A stretch of 64,000 bases of DNA from positions 9,437-73,436 of the forward strand of contig NZ_JBEBOW010000002.1 in assembly GCF_040396215.1 (NCBI RefSeq), given 5' to 3'. A program made the translations under genes and the position numbers. This document shows positions 20,153-29,254 of the stretch, in pieces (the first letter of the stretch is position 1; the number at the start of each line of letters is the position of its first letter). The DNA is from Diaphorobacter ruginosibacter. GTDB taxonomy: Bacteria; Pseudomonadota; Gammaproteobacteria; Burkholderiales; Burkholderiaceae_C. The notes below the pieces were generated by a model, which was not told the origin of the DNA, did not search any database, and saw only the letters and a program-made list of their open reading frames with translations.

Positions 20153-20419
20153 GAACGTGTTTACGATCTCCTCGCGCCGCGACAGCGGCTTTGCGCGATG
20201 GGATGCAAGGCGCAATACCGCAGCAATAGCCGTGCTATTGCGAGGATTTGCAACGCCGCAGACCGCCCGCAAAGCCACTGTCCCGCAGGGTTGGTGTGCA
20301 ATCGGGCGATTTGCAGCGCGCTGGCCCTTGCTTGCACCCCGGTGCAAGCGGCGGACCATCGCTTCGAACTCATCCCGATTGCACTCCAACGCGGCTGCGT
20401 AGAGATCGTAAACACGTTC
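20153..20419. mobile_element. MITE-like non-autonomous element, long copy (267 bp), 18-bp perfect terminal inverted repeats, flanked by direct TTA
   Basis: GAACGTGTTTACGATCTC at 20153-20170 and its exact reverse complement at 20402-20419. TTA occurs at 20150-20152 and 20420-20422. A second, internally deleted copy is at 62663-62712. It contains no credible ORF. Confidence 0.55.
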
Positions 20420-20610
20420 TTACCGCTTCACGGCCGCAGTTCAGATGTTTTCTAAAAATTGCAATTTGAGATCAAGCGGTAAGAATGATTGAAAAATTCA
20501 ATAGTAGAATTTAAAACGTTGCCAGAAATTCAACCCGGCGCGGGTACTGAAATACTCAGGTCACTTTCTCGTATGCAATCACATTCGTTGCCTGTAACAG
20601 AAAGACATGC

Positions 20611-22740
20611 ATGAGTCAGCCTACACAGTTCAAGAAGGCTTCCAGGAACAGGGCGACATCAAAATCCATCCCCTACATCGCGGCGAGGGATGACCGCTGC
20701 GATTGCGAGCCGGCACACGCGACGCTGGACGCGCTGCAGCCCCTGGTCTGGATGGCGGATTCCGCCTGCGAGAGCGGCTGGGGGAATTCCGCATGGACGG
20801 ACGTCACCGGCATCGACTCCACCGACTGGCTGCAGGCCATCCATCCCGACAGCGTGAACAGCATCCGGGAACTGTGGGAGGCCGCGCTCGCGCATGGCAC
20901 CCACTTCCAGGAAGAGCTTCGCCTGCGCACGCGCAGCGGCGACTATCGCTGGTTCCTGGTCGCCGCGCTGTTTCGCAGGAGCGCGGACCAGGCCAACGGC
21001 CATTGGTACCTGACCGCCACCGACATCCACGAGCGGACGCTGGCGCGCCAGGAGCTCCATCTGAGCCTGAGCATGCGCGAGCAGATGCTGAATGCCACCG
21101 TTGATTGCATCCAGATTCTGCGGCCCGACGGCACGCTGGCGCACATGAATCTCGCGGGCTGCCGGGCGCTGGGCATCTCGCCGGATTCCGGGTTCGGCAT
21201 GAAATGGGTCGAACTGTTCCCCCACGAAGCCCGACTTGCCGGCCAGCGCGCGCTGCGCCAGGCGCTGCAGGGCGGCACGGCCCGCTTTTCCTGCAGGAGC
21301 GAGTTTCCAGGCACGGCGCCGCAATACAGGGAGAACACGCTCTCGCCCATCATGGACGAGGACGGCCAGCCGATCTGCATTCTCTGCGTCTCGCGCGACG
21401 TCACACTCCAGCAGCAGGCCGAAGACCGCCTGCGCCGGGCCGGCGAGGTGGATGAACTCACCGGGCTGCCCAACCGGCGTGCATTCAACGAGCATCTGCG
21501 GCCCGCGCTCGGGCAAGCGCGCGACAACGGCAGCGCCGCGCTGCTGATGATCCTGAATCTCGATCACTTCAAGTACCTCAACGAGACGCTGGGGCACGCC
21601 GCCGGCGACCATCTGCTGCAGGTGCTGGCGCGGCGTATCCAGGGTTGCCTGCCCGAATCGGCCTACATCGCGCGCGTGGGGAGCGACGAATTCGCCATCG
21701 TCGTGCAGGACATCGAGGGCGACGAAGCCCTGCAGCGCACCGCCGCGCGCGTGATGGCGCAGCTCGACCCCCCCATCCATTACGCCGGGAAACGCATCAA
21801 CGGCGGCATGAGCATGGGCTGCGCGCTCTACCCGCGCGATACGCGCGATCCGGTGGTCCTGATGCGCCAGGCCGACATCGCGCTCAACGACATGAAGGCC
21901 TGCGGACGTGGCGGCATGAGGGTCTATCGCGCGAACATGATGCGCCCGCTGGAGGAGGCCGCCGCGCAGCTCGAACACGCGCGCCGCATCGTCCGCGATG
22001 GCTCGGTGAAGCCGTACTATCAGCCCAAGATCCGCCTTCACGACCGCAAGCTCGTGGGCATGGAGGCGCTGCTGCGCTCGCAGAATCCCGAGCACGGCGG
22101 CCTGCAGATGCCGGCCATGGTGCAGGCCGCGTTTCGTGATTTCGACCTGTCCACCCGCATGGCGGAGGCGCTGCGCACGCGCATCTTCAGCGACATCGCG
22201 CAATGGCTTCGCGCGGGCCTGGAGGTCGTTCCCGTCTCGATCAACGCGTCGCCGGTGGAATTCATGCGCGACAACTATGCCGAGCTCCTGCTCGGGCAAC
22301 TGGAGAAGGCCGCCGTCGCGCCGCACCTCATCGAGCTGGAGGTCACCGAACACACCCTGAATGAACGCTGCGCCGATTACGTCGTGCGCGCGCTCACCCT
22401 GCTGCGGCGCGAAGGCATTCACGTGGCGCTGGATGATTTCGGCACCGGCCACTCCTCGCTCACCCGGCTGCGGAACTTTCCCGTGGACTGCCTGAAGATC
22501 GATGCCGGATTCGTGAACAATTTCGGCACCGATCCCGCCGTCACGGCGGTCGTCAACGCCATCGGCCAGATCGGCTCGGCGCTATCGCTCGAACTGGTGG
22601 CCGAGGGCATCGAGACCGAGCAGCAGTGCCGGGCGCTGGAGGCGGCAGGCTTCAGCATCGGCCAGGGACATTTGTTCAGCGAAGCCGTCAGCGGCGACGC
22701 CATCGCCGCGCGCCTGCTGGAGTCGATGGCGCTGGCATAG
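20611..22740 (+). CDS. PAS-PAS-GGDEF-EAL signalling protein (c-di-GMP turnover)
   Basis: It has PAS-like segments. The GGDEF domain has GSDEF at the signature position (RVGSDEFAIV). The EAL domain has EALLR and DDFGTGHSSL. Confidence 0.9.
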   Translation: MSQPTQFKKASRNRATSKSIPYIAARDDRCDCEPAHATLDALQPLVWMADSACESGWGNSAWTDVTGIDSTDWLQAIHPDSVNSIRELWEAALAHGTHFQEELRLRTRSGDYRWFLVAALFRRSADQANGHWYLTATDIHERTLARQELHLSLSMREQMLNATVDCIQILRPDGTLAHMNLAGCRALGISPDSGFGMKWVELFPHEARLAGQRALRQALQGGTARFSCRSEFPGTAPQYRENTLSPIMDEDGQPICILCVSRDVTLQQQAEDRLRRAGEVDELTGLPNRRAFNEHLRPALGQARDNGSAALLMILNLDHFKYLNETLGHAAGDHLLQVLARRIQGCLPESAYIARVGSDEFAIVVQDIEGDEALQRTAARVMAQLDPPIHYAGKRINGGMSMGCALYPRDTRDPVVLMRQADIALNDMKACGRGGMRVYRANMMRPLEEAAAQLEHARRIVRDGSVKPYYQPKIRLHDRKLVGMEALLRSQNPEHGGLQMPAMVQAAFRDFDLSTRMAEALRTRIFSDIAQWLRAGLEVVPVSINASPVEFMRDNYAELLLGQLEKAAVAPHLIELEVTEHTLNERCADYVVRALTLLRREGIHVALDDFGTGHSSLTRLRNFPVDCLKIDAGFVNNFGTDPAVTAVVNAIGQIGSALSLELVAEGIETEQQCRALEAAGFSIGQGHLFSEAVSGDAIAARLLESMALA

Positions 22741-22809
22741 GCCACCCGCCAGCCCGCACACGGCGGCCCGTGCATGGCGGCCCGCAACCGCCATTCATCC
22801 CTGCGCCAA

Positions 22810-23472
22810 TCAATCCCTCGCGGCTGGCGCGGCCTGCTCCCCCGCCCTGGCCCACAGGGCCTTGAGCTGCGCCAGCTCGCCGTCGAAACGCTGGGAGACG
22901 CGGCGCTTTTCCTCTTGCTGGGCAGCGACGTAGCGGCGCTGTTCATCCAGCTCCCGCTCGTTGTCGGCGATGCGGCGCTGCAGCTTGACAGGGGCCTTCG
23001 CGGGATCGTTCTGGTAGAACTCCAGCTCGGTGTCGATGCTGGCGCGATCCGCGCGCAACTGGTCGATGCGCTTGTTCGCCATCAGGATCAGGTCATTGAG
23101 CGGCTCCATGGCCGCCTGGCGTTCCACGTTGTGCGCCGCCTCGTCCGGGTAGCGCGCAATGAGCGCGCGCTCACGGCGCTTTTGCTCCTGCACGCGCGCC
23201 TTCTGCTCGGCCTCCGCGCGGCGCTGCGCCTCCAGCTCCACGCGTTCGTTTTCCGAGAGCGTCGGCCCGATGCGGCGGCGCTCGGTGCCCGTGCGGTCCA
23301 GCACACGCTGCTCGCGGTCGATGCATTCGGCAATGGGGCGGTCGGCCGTCAGGCGCCGGCCATTTTTGTCAACACAGGTGTAGACGGTATTCTGCGCGGC
23401 AGCCATTTGCGCCGCGGCCCATAGCCCGAAGATCAAGAATCCTGGAAGAAAATGCCTTGCGACCGCTTTCAA
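22810..23472 (-). CDS. DUF4124-like periplasmic coiled-coil protein
   Basis: After a signal-like segment (FLPGFLIFGLWAAAQMAAAQ) comes VYTCVDKNGRRLTADRPIAEC, then a long charged coiled coil. I place the start at TTG 23472, 5 nt after GAGGGGGA. The ORF track extends to 23574. Confidence 0.65.
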   Translation of the reverse strand: MKAVARHFLPGFLIFGLWAAAQMAAAQNTVYTCVDKNGRRLTADRPIAECIDREQRVLDRTGTERRRIGPTLSENERVELEAQRRAEAEQKARVQEQKRRERALIARYPDEAAHNVERQAAMEPLNDLILMANKRIDQLRADRASIDTELEFYQNDPAKAPVKLQRRIADNERELDEQRRYVAAQQEEKRRVSQRFDGELAQLKALWARAGEQAAPAARD

Positions 23473-23524
23473 GCCGTCCCCCTCGATGGGTTGGTTGTCA
23501 TGGAGCGCGCGAGCGCATACCCCA

Positions 23525-24226
23525 TCAATGGTCACCGACTCCGAAACGCTCACGGTAGGCCAGAACCCTTTCATGGTGGGCCTTCATGTCCTGATCGCCA
23601 CCACTTGCCGCCAGATACTGCAATAAGTCTGCCAACTTTGCGATGGTGCATACCTGCATGCCGAGCTCACTGCGCACGTACTGCACGGCGCTGTGCTCCA
23701 CGTCGCGTCCATTCTCGGTGGCCTTTTCCTGGCGGTCCAGCGCAATGGCGATGGCATGGGGCACGGCGCCCGCCGCCTTGATCAGCGCGATCGACTCGCG
23801 CGCCGCCGTCCCGGCCGACATCACGTCGTCGATGATCAGCACGCGCCCCTTGAGCGCAGCGCCCACCAGCGTGCCGCCCTCGCCGTGATCCTTGGCCTCC
23901 TTGCGGTTGTAGGCGAACGGCACATTGCGGCCGGCGCGCGCCAGTTCCACGGCCACCGTGGCGGCCAGCGGGATGCCCTTGTAGGCGGGGCCGAAGACCA
24001 TGTCGAACTCGATACCGCTCGCCAGGATGGCTTTTGCATAGAATTCCGCGAGACGGCCCATCTTGGCGCCATCATCGAACAGCCCCGCATTGAAGAAATA
24101 GGGGCTCATCCGCCCGGCCTTGGTTTTGAATTCCCCAAAGCGCAAAACACCGGATTGCACTGCGAAACGCACGAAATCCAGCGCCAACCGGGACTGCTCT
24201 GCCGTCTTTTCGCTTTTGTCCATCAT
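23525..24226 (-). CDS. pyrE: orotate phosphoribosyltransferase
   Basis: GVLRFGEFKTKAGRMSPYFFNAGLF and the PRPP motif VLIIDDVMSAGTA. Trimmed to MMDKSEK (ATG 24226). Confidence 0.93.
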   Translation of the reverse strand: MMDKSEKTAEQSRLALDFVRFAVQSGVLRFGEFKTKAGRMSPYFFNAGLFDDGAKMGRLAEFYAKAILASGIEFDMVFGPAYKGIPLAATVAVELARAGRNVPFAYNRKEAKDHGEGGTLVGAALKGRVLIIDDVMSAGTAARESIALIKAAGAVPHAIAIALDRQEKATENGRDVEHSAVQYVRSELGMQVCTIAKLADLLQYLAASGGDQDMKAHHERVLAYRERFGVGDH

Positions 24227-25040
24227 GAATTCATCCTTGTTCAAGTTAACCAGCCTCAACCTCAACGGCATTCGCTCGGCAGCATCCAAAGGCGTGCTGG
24301 AATGGTTGGACCAGAGTCGCCCGGATTGTATTTGCGTACAGGAAATCAAGGCTCAGGCCGCCGATATTGCCGACAAGTTCGAATCGATCGGGGGTCTGCG
24401 CGGGCACTTTCACTTTGCGCAGAAAAAGGGTTATTCCGGCGTCGGCGTGTACTCGCGCGAGGAGCCCAGCGACGTGGTGATCGGCTACGGATCCGGCGAA
24501 TTCGACGCCGAAGGCCGCTATGTGGAGGCGCGCTTCGACACGCCCGCGCGCAAGCTCTCGATCATCAGCGCCTACTTTCCCAGCGGCTCATCCGGGGATC
24601 TGCGCCAGCAGGCGAAATTCCGTTTCCTGCTCGAATTCCACCAGCATCTGATGGCGCTGAAGGGCGAACGCGAGTTCATTCTCTGCGGCGACATCAATAT
24701 CGCGCACCAGCAGATCGACCTGAAGAACTGGCGCAGCAACCAGAAAAACAGCGGTTTTCTGCCCGAGGAACGTGACTGGATGACAAAGTTGTTGCACACA
24801 ACTGATCCCACCGGCGGGCTGGTGGACGTGTACCGGCTCCTGCAGCCCACCGCGACCGACACCTGCTACACGTGGTGGAGCAACCGTGGCCAGGCGTATC
24901 TGAACAATGTCGGGTGGCGGCTGGACTACCACCTGGCCACACCGGCGCTCGCGGCGCTGGCGCGCACCGAGGAAATCTACAAGGAGCGCAAGTTCTCGGA
25001 CCATGCGCCGATCACTGTCGGCTATGACTTCAGGCTGTGA
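24225..25040 (+). CDS. xth: exodeoxyribonuclease III
   Basis: LTSLNLNGIRSA..., CVQEIK, and SDHAPITV at the C-terminus. The start is uncertain: ATG 24225 overlaps the pyrE start codon, and the alternative is TTG 24237. Confidence 0.88.
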   Translation: MNSSLFKLTSLNLNGIRSAASKGVLEWLDQSRPDCICVQEIKAQAADIADKFESIGGLRGHFHFAQKKGYSGVGVYSREEPSDVVIGYGSGEFDAEGRYVEARFDTPARKLSIISAYFPSGSSGDLRQQAKFRFLLEFHQHLMALKGEREFILCGDINIAHQQIDLKNWRSNQKNSGFLPEERDWMTKLLHTTDPTGGLVDVYRLLQPTATDTCYTWWSNRGQAYLNNVGWRLDYHLATPALAALARTEEIYKERKFSDHAPITVGYDFRL

Positions 25041-25112
25041 CGCGCCGCGGCCCATGCGAACGGCGTGGATGCACGCATAATGGATGAGACACATTCTCAT
25101 TCATGAACAAGG

Positions 25113-26045
25113 ATGGCTGGCTTGACTCCCAAGACCCTTTCCCGCCGCATGCTGCTCGCGGCTGGCGCCGGCAGCCTGCTCGGCGGCTGCTCCGTGGCCG
25201 CCCGCAGGCCGGGCGACCCGCTGCGCGACGCGCCCCCCGTGAGCCTTCCCCGCAGCCATCAGGTGGATATGCGGGACGCCGCGACGGGGCATGTGCGGCG
25301 CATCTTCGTGCAGGTGCCCGAACAGCCCGCGCCGAACGGCGGCCACCCCACGCTGTACGTGCTCGACGCGAACGCGGTCTTCGTCATGGCCGCGCAGATC
25401 GCGCGCAACATGGGCAACCGTCCTCCGGGATTGCGCCCCGATCCGCTGATGATCGTCGGCATCGGCTATCCCACCGAATCCTCCATGGACCAGCAGGCCC
25501 GCAAGCGCGACTACACGCCGCCGCCCGCCACAGAGCCCGGAACGGGCGGCGCCGAGGAATTCCTCGATTTCATCCAGAAGCAGTTGCAGCCCGCGCTGCG
25601 GGCCGCGTGGCCGACGGACGCATCGCGCCAGACCCTGTTCGGCCATTCGCTGGGCGGCCTGCTGGCGGTTCACGCGCTCGCCACGCGCACGCGGATGTTC
25701 ACGCGGTACGCCGCCGCCAGCCCGTCGCTGTGGTGGAACGGCGGCAGAACGCTTCAGACCGTCGAGGGCTGGCTCGCGCGCGCGCCCGCCGAGGCGGCGG
25801 ACCGGCCCCAGGTCCAGCTGCGCGTGGGCGCGCTGGAGCGCGCGGCCCGCTCGCATGACCCGCAGCGCGCGGCCAAGGCGTCCGAGCGGCTCATGAACGA
25901 GCATGCCGAAACCCTCGCGGCGCGCCTGTCGGCCGGGCGCATCCCGGTCGATTTCAAGGAGTTCCCCGGCCTGGACCACGGCGGCGTCATCATGCCTGCG
26001 CTGACGGATGCCGTCCTCTTCGCTGCTCAGCGCAGCGCCATGTAG
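25113..26045 (+). CDS. secreted alpha/beta-hydrolase (putative esterase family, IroE/enterochelin-esterase-like)
   Basis: Tat/lipoprotein-like N-terminus (SRRMLLAAGAGSLLGGCS) and nucleophile elbow GHSLGG. Confidence 0.78.
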   Translation: MAGLTPKTLSRRMLLAAGAGSLLGGCSVAARRPGDPLRDAPPVSLPRSHQVDMRDAATGHVRRIFVQVPEQPAPNGGHPTLYVLDANAVFVMAAQIARNMGNRPPGLRPDPLMIVGIGYPTESSMDQQARKRDYTPPPATEPGTGGAEEFLDFIQKQLQPALRAAWPTDASRQTLFGHSLGGLLAVHALATRTRMFTRYAAASPSLWWNGGRTLQTVEGWLARAPAEAADRPQVQLRVGALERAARSHDPQRAAKASERLMNEHAETLAARLSAGRIPVDFKEFPGLDHGGVIMPALTDAVLFAAQRSAM

Positions 26046-27070
26046 CGTTGAGCGGCTTCCCAGCCCAGATCGGCCAGAGGCCCTGCCTTGCGGCCGGTTT
26101 CCGCGGCATTGTCGGCGGCTGCGTTGCCATCGGCCGCGCGCTGCGCGATGCCGTGCAGGATGGCCGCCATGCGAAACAGGTTGTAGGCGATGTAGAAATC
26201 CCAATGCCCCGCCGCGTCACGGCCGGTCGCGTCGCCATACCATTTCACGTATTGCGCTTCATCCGGAATGCCGAGGCTGGCCAGATCGAGCCCGCCGATG
26301 CCGCGCCAGAGATCGTGCGGAATGCGCCAGCCCATGCACTGGTATGCCAGATCGGCCAGCGGATGGCCCAGGGTGGAGAGCTCCCAGTCGAGCACCCCGA
26401 TCACGCGCGGCTGCGTGGGATGGAACACCAGGTTGTCGAGCCGGTAGTCGCCGTGCACCAGGGTGGTCTCGTCGCCTGCCGGAAGATGCTCCGGCAGCCA
26501 CTCCATGAGTCTGTTCATGGACGCATTGACCGGCAGAGTGGACTCGCGGCACTGGCGCGTCCAGCGCGCGATCTGGCGGCTCACGTATTGGCCTTCCCTG
26601 CCATAGTCGCCCAGGCCGACGGCCTTGTAGTCGACCGAATGCAGGGCGGCGATCACGCGGTTCATCTCGCGGTAGATGGCCTCGCGCCCGGCGTTGCCCA
26701 TGCCGGGCAATGCCTGGTCCATGAACACGCGGCCCTGCAGGAACTCCATCAGATAGAACGGCGTGCCGATCAGGCTCGCATCCTCGCAATAGTCGAGCAT
26801 GCGCGGCACCGGAACGCCGGTGCCGGCGAGCGCCTTCATCACGCGGAATTCACGGTCGATGGCGTGCGCCGATGCGATCAGCGTTCCCGGCGGCTTCTTG
26901 CGCAGCACGTACTGGCGGTCCTTGCCCGCATGGATCCGGAACGTGGGATTGGACTGCCCCCCGGCGAGTACGCTTACCTCGATCGCATCGGTATCCGCGA
27001 GCCCCTTGCCGCGCAAATACGCGGCGAGCACCTCGGCGGGCAACTGCGTGGCGATGTCGTGCGCGCTCAT
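26027..27070 (-). CDS. phosphotransferase (APH/choline-kinase-like) family protein
   Basis: HGDYRLDNL catalytic loop and VLDWE. Its start overlaps the SDR stop (ATGA). Confidence 0.85.
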   Translation of the reverse strand: MSAHDIATQLPAEVLAAYLRGKGLADTDAIEVSVLAGGQSNPTFRIHAGKDRQYVLRKKPPGTLIASAHAIDREFRVMKALAGTGVPVPRMLDYCEDASLIGTPFYLMEFLQGRVFMDQALPGMGNAGREAIYREMNRVIAALHSVDYKAVGLGDYGREGQYVSRQIARWTRQCRESTLPVNASMNRLMEWLPEHLPAGDETTLVHGDYRLDNLVFHPTQPRVIGVLDWELSTLGHPLADLAYQCMGWRIPHDLWRGIGGLDLASLGIPDEAQYVKWYGDATGRDAAGHWDFYIAYNLFRMAAILHGIAQRAADGNAAADNAAETGRKAGPLADLGWEAAQRYMALR

Positions 27071-27840
27071 AGGCCGCTCACCAGGTGAGCGCCGTCCACG
27101 GCGACGGTGGAGCCCGACATCGCCGCGCCCGCGTCGGACGCGAGCAGCAGCAGCGGCCCGTCCAGATCGCTCAGCTCGCTGAAGCGGCGGCTCGGAATGC
27201 GCATGCGCAGCTTCTCGCCCGGCTCGCTGGTGAGAAAGTCCCGGTTCAGATCGGTGATCACATATCCCGGCAGCAGCGCATTGACCCGGATGCCGTAGCG
27301 TGCCAGCTCCAGCGCCATCGCCTTCGTGGCCTGGATCACCCCTGCCTTGGAGATCGCATACGGAGCGACCCCGCCGCCCACGCGCTCGCCCAGGATCGAC
27401 GCCACGTTCACGATCGCGCCTCCCTTTTTCGCGGCGACCATGCGCCGCGCGCCCTCGGTGGCGACGAGCCAGTTGCCCTTGAGATTGGTATCGATCACCT
27501 GGTCGAAATCATCCTCCGTCTGCTCGAGCAGCGCGCGCGTCACGGTCACGCCCGCATTGTTGACCACCACATCCGGCACGCCCCATGCGCCAACGGCGTC
27601 AAAGCAGTCCTTCACGCTGCGCGCATTGCTCACGTCCAGCGAAAACGCACGTGCCTCGCCGCCGGCGCGCACGATGTCCTCCACCACCGATTGCAGCTTG
27701 TCCGCGCGCCGCGCGGCCACCGCCACCTTCGCTCCCTGGGAGGCCAGCATTCGCGCGAAATGCGTGCCCAGGCCGCTGGATGCGCCCGTCACCAGCGCCC
27801 ATTTGCCGCTCAGGCTGAATTTGTCGAGAACGCCGCTCAT
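27067..27840 (-). CDS. SDR-family oxidoreductase (classical)
   Basis: TGASSGLG, NNAG and YAISK motifs. Its start overlaps the acyl-CoA dehydrogenase stop (ATGA). Confidence 0.9.
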   Translation of the reverse strand: MSGVLDKFSLSGKWALVTGASSGLGTHFARMLASQGAKVAVAARRADKLQSVVEDIVRAGGEARAFSLDVSNARSVKDCFDAVGAWGVPDVVVNNAGVTVTRALLEQTEDDFDQVIDTNLKGNWLVATEGARRMVAAKKGGAIVNVASILGERVGGGVAPYAISKAGVIQATKAMALELARYGIRVNALLPGYVITDLNRDFLTSEPGEKLRMRIPSRRFSELSDLDGPLLLLASDAGAAMSGSTVAVDGAHLVSGL

Positions 27841-29030
27841 GCCGAACCCTCCGCCAGCGCCGCCGCCTTCTCGGCCATGTGGACCAGCTTGCGCGCCATG
27901 CTCCAGCGATGCACTTCGCTCGGGCCGTCGTAGATGCGGAAGGCGCGCATGTCGCTGAAGATGCGCATCACCGGCGTCTCGCCGGTCACGCCCTGGCCTC
28001 CGAGCATCTGCACGCTGCGATCGACCACGCGCCATTCGGCTTCGGAGCAGATCACCTTCGCGCGGCTCGACTCGTAGTTCCCCTTCTCCCCCTGATCCAG
28101 CAGCCACGCGGTGTGCCAGATGTTCAGGCGAGCGGTGTGCAGGTCCATGTCGTTGTCGGCCAGCATGAAGCCCACGCCTTCGTGCTCGGCCAGCGGCTTT
28201 CCGAAAGCATGGCGCTTGCGGGTGTATTCCAGCGCCGTTTCATGCGCGCGGCGCGCCTGCCCGAGCCAGCGCATGCAGTGCGTGAGCCGCGCGGGCGCGA
28301 GGCGGACCTGCGCATAGCGAAATCCCTTGCCGATCTCACCGAGCACGTCGCTCGCGGGCACGCGCAGGTTGTTCAGGCGCAGCACGCCGTGGCCGCCGGT
28401 GAAGCACGAATCCATGGCATCCATGCTGCGCTCCAGCACGATCTCCGGGCGGTCCATGTCCGAGAGGAACATCGTCGCCGAGCCATCCTCCATGCGCGCC
28501 ATGATGATCGCGTAATCCGCGCCTTCGGCCCCGGTGATGAACCACTTCAGGCCGTTGATGACGTAGTCGTCGCCATCCCTGACCGCCGTGGTCGCCAGCA
28601 TCGACGGATCGGCGCCCGCCCCCGGCGAGGGCTCGGTCATCGCAAAGCACGAACGGGTCTCGCCCGCGACCTGCGGACGCAGCCAGCGCTCCTTCTGCGC
28701 CGCCGTGGCGACCTCCTCCATCAGGTGGATGTTGCCTTCGTCCGGCGCGTGGATGTTCATCGCCGTCGGGCCAAGCCACGAATAGCCGGCCTCCTCGAAC
28801 ACCACCGCCTTCTCGATGTGGGTGAGCCCGAGTCCGCCCATTTCCCTGGACGCATGCGGCGTGAGCAGCCCCGCGGCCCTGGCGCGGCCGACCAGCTCGC
28901 GGCGCAGTTCCTCGCTCGGGCCATGCGCCGACTGGCGCGGATCACGCTCCAGCGGAATCACCTGCTCTGCGATGAAGCGCCGCGTTTTTTCCTGCAGCTC
29001 ACGCAGTTGCGGGGAAAGCGAAAAGTCCAT
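27837..29030 (-). CDS. acyl-CoA dehydrogenase family protein
   Basis: MDFSLSPQLRELQEKTRRF..., FAMTEP, and the C-terminal IYDGPSEVH. Trimmed to ATG 29030. Confidence 0.92.
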   Translation of the reverse strand: MDFSLSPQLRELQEKTRRFIAEQVIPLERDPRQSAHGPSEELRRELVGRARAAGLLTPHASREMGGLGLTHIEKAVVFEEAGYSWLGPTAMNIHAPDEGNIHLMEEVATAAQKERWLRPQVAGETRSCFAMTEPSPGAGADPSMLATTAVRDGDDYVINGLKWFITGAEGADYAIIMARMEDGSATMFLSDMDRPEIVLERSMDAMDSCFTGGHGVLRLNNLRVPASDVLGEIGKGFRYAQVRLAPARLTHCMRWLGQARRAHETALEYTRKRHAFGKPLAEHEGVGFMLADNDMDLHTARLNIWHTAWLLDQGEKGNYESSRAKVICSEAEWRVVDRSVQMLGGQGVTGETPVMRIFSDMRAFRIYDGPSEVHRWSMARKLVHMAEKAAALAEGSA

Positions 29031-29108
29031 GAAGACCTCCTGACATGGTGGATTGACAGTCATTGAGCCAGCGCAAGTTCAATTATTCATAACTGAATTT
29101 CAACCTGG

Positions 29109-29121
29109 ATTGTTCAACAAT
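29109..29121. promoter_or_regulatory. candidate GntR/FadR-type operator ATTGTTCAACAAT
   Basis: Perfect 13-bp palindrome containing GT-N3-AC, in the divergent intergenic region between the acyl-CoA dehydrogenase operon and the GntR gene. Confidence 0.4.
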
Positions 29122-29254
29122 ATTGGAGCACAACAAACACCTGTCCAGCTATCCTGTTGGCGACAGCCCGCCTTTCTGGCACACCCTTTCTGCGGAATAC
29201 TTGTCGGCGCCCCCGCGCGAGGCGGGGCGCCATCCACTCCCATCCGGCATTTTT

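Noticed and set aside
20150-20415. Small ORFs inside the MITE-like element (78-84 aa on both strands)
   Set aside because: They are mutually overlapping frames that begin or end in the inverted repeats (recurrent ...EEIVNTF / MFTIS... translations). There is no RBS and no family resemblance.
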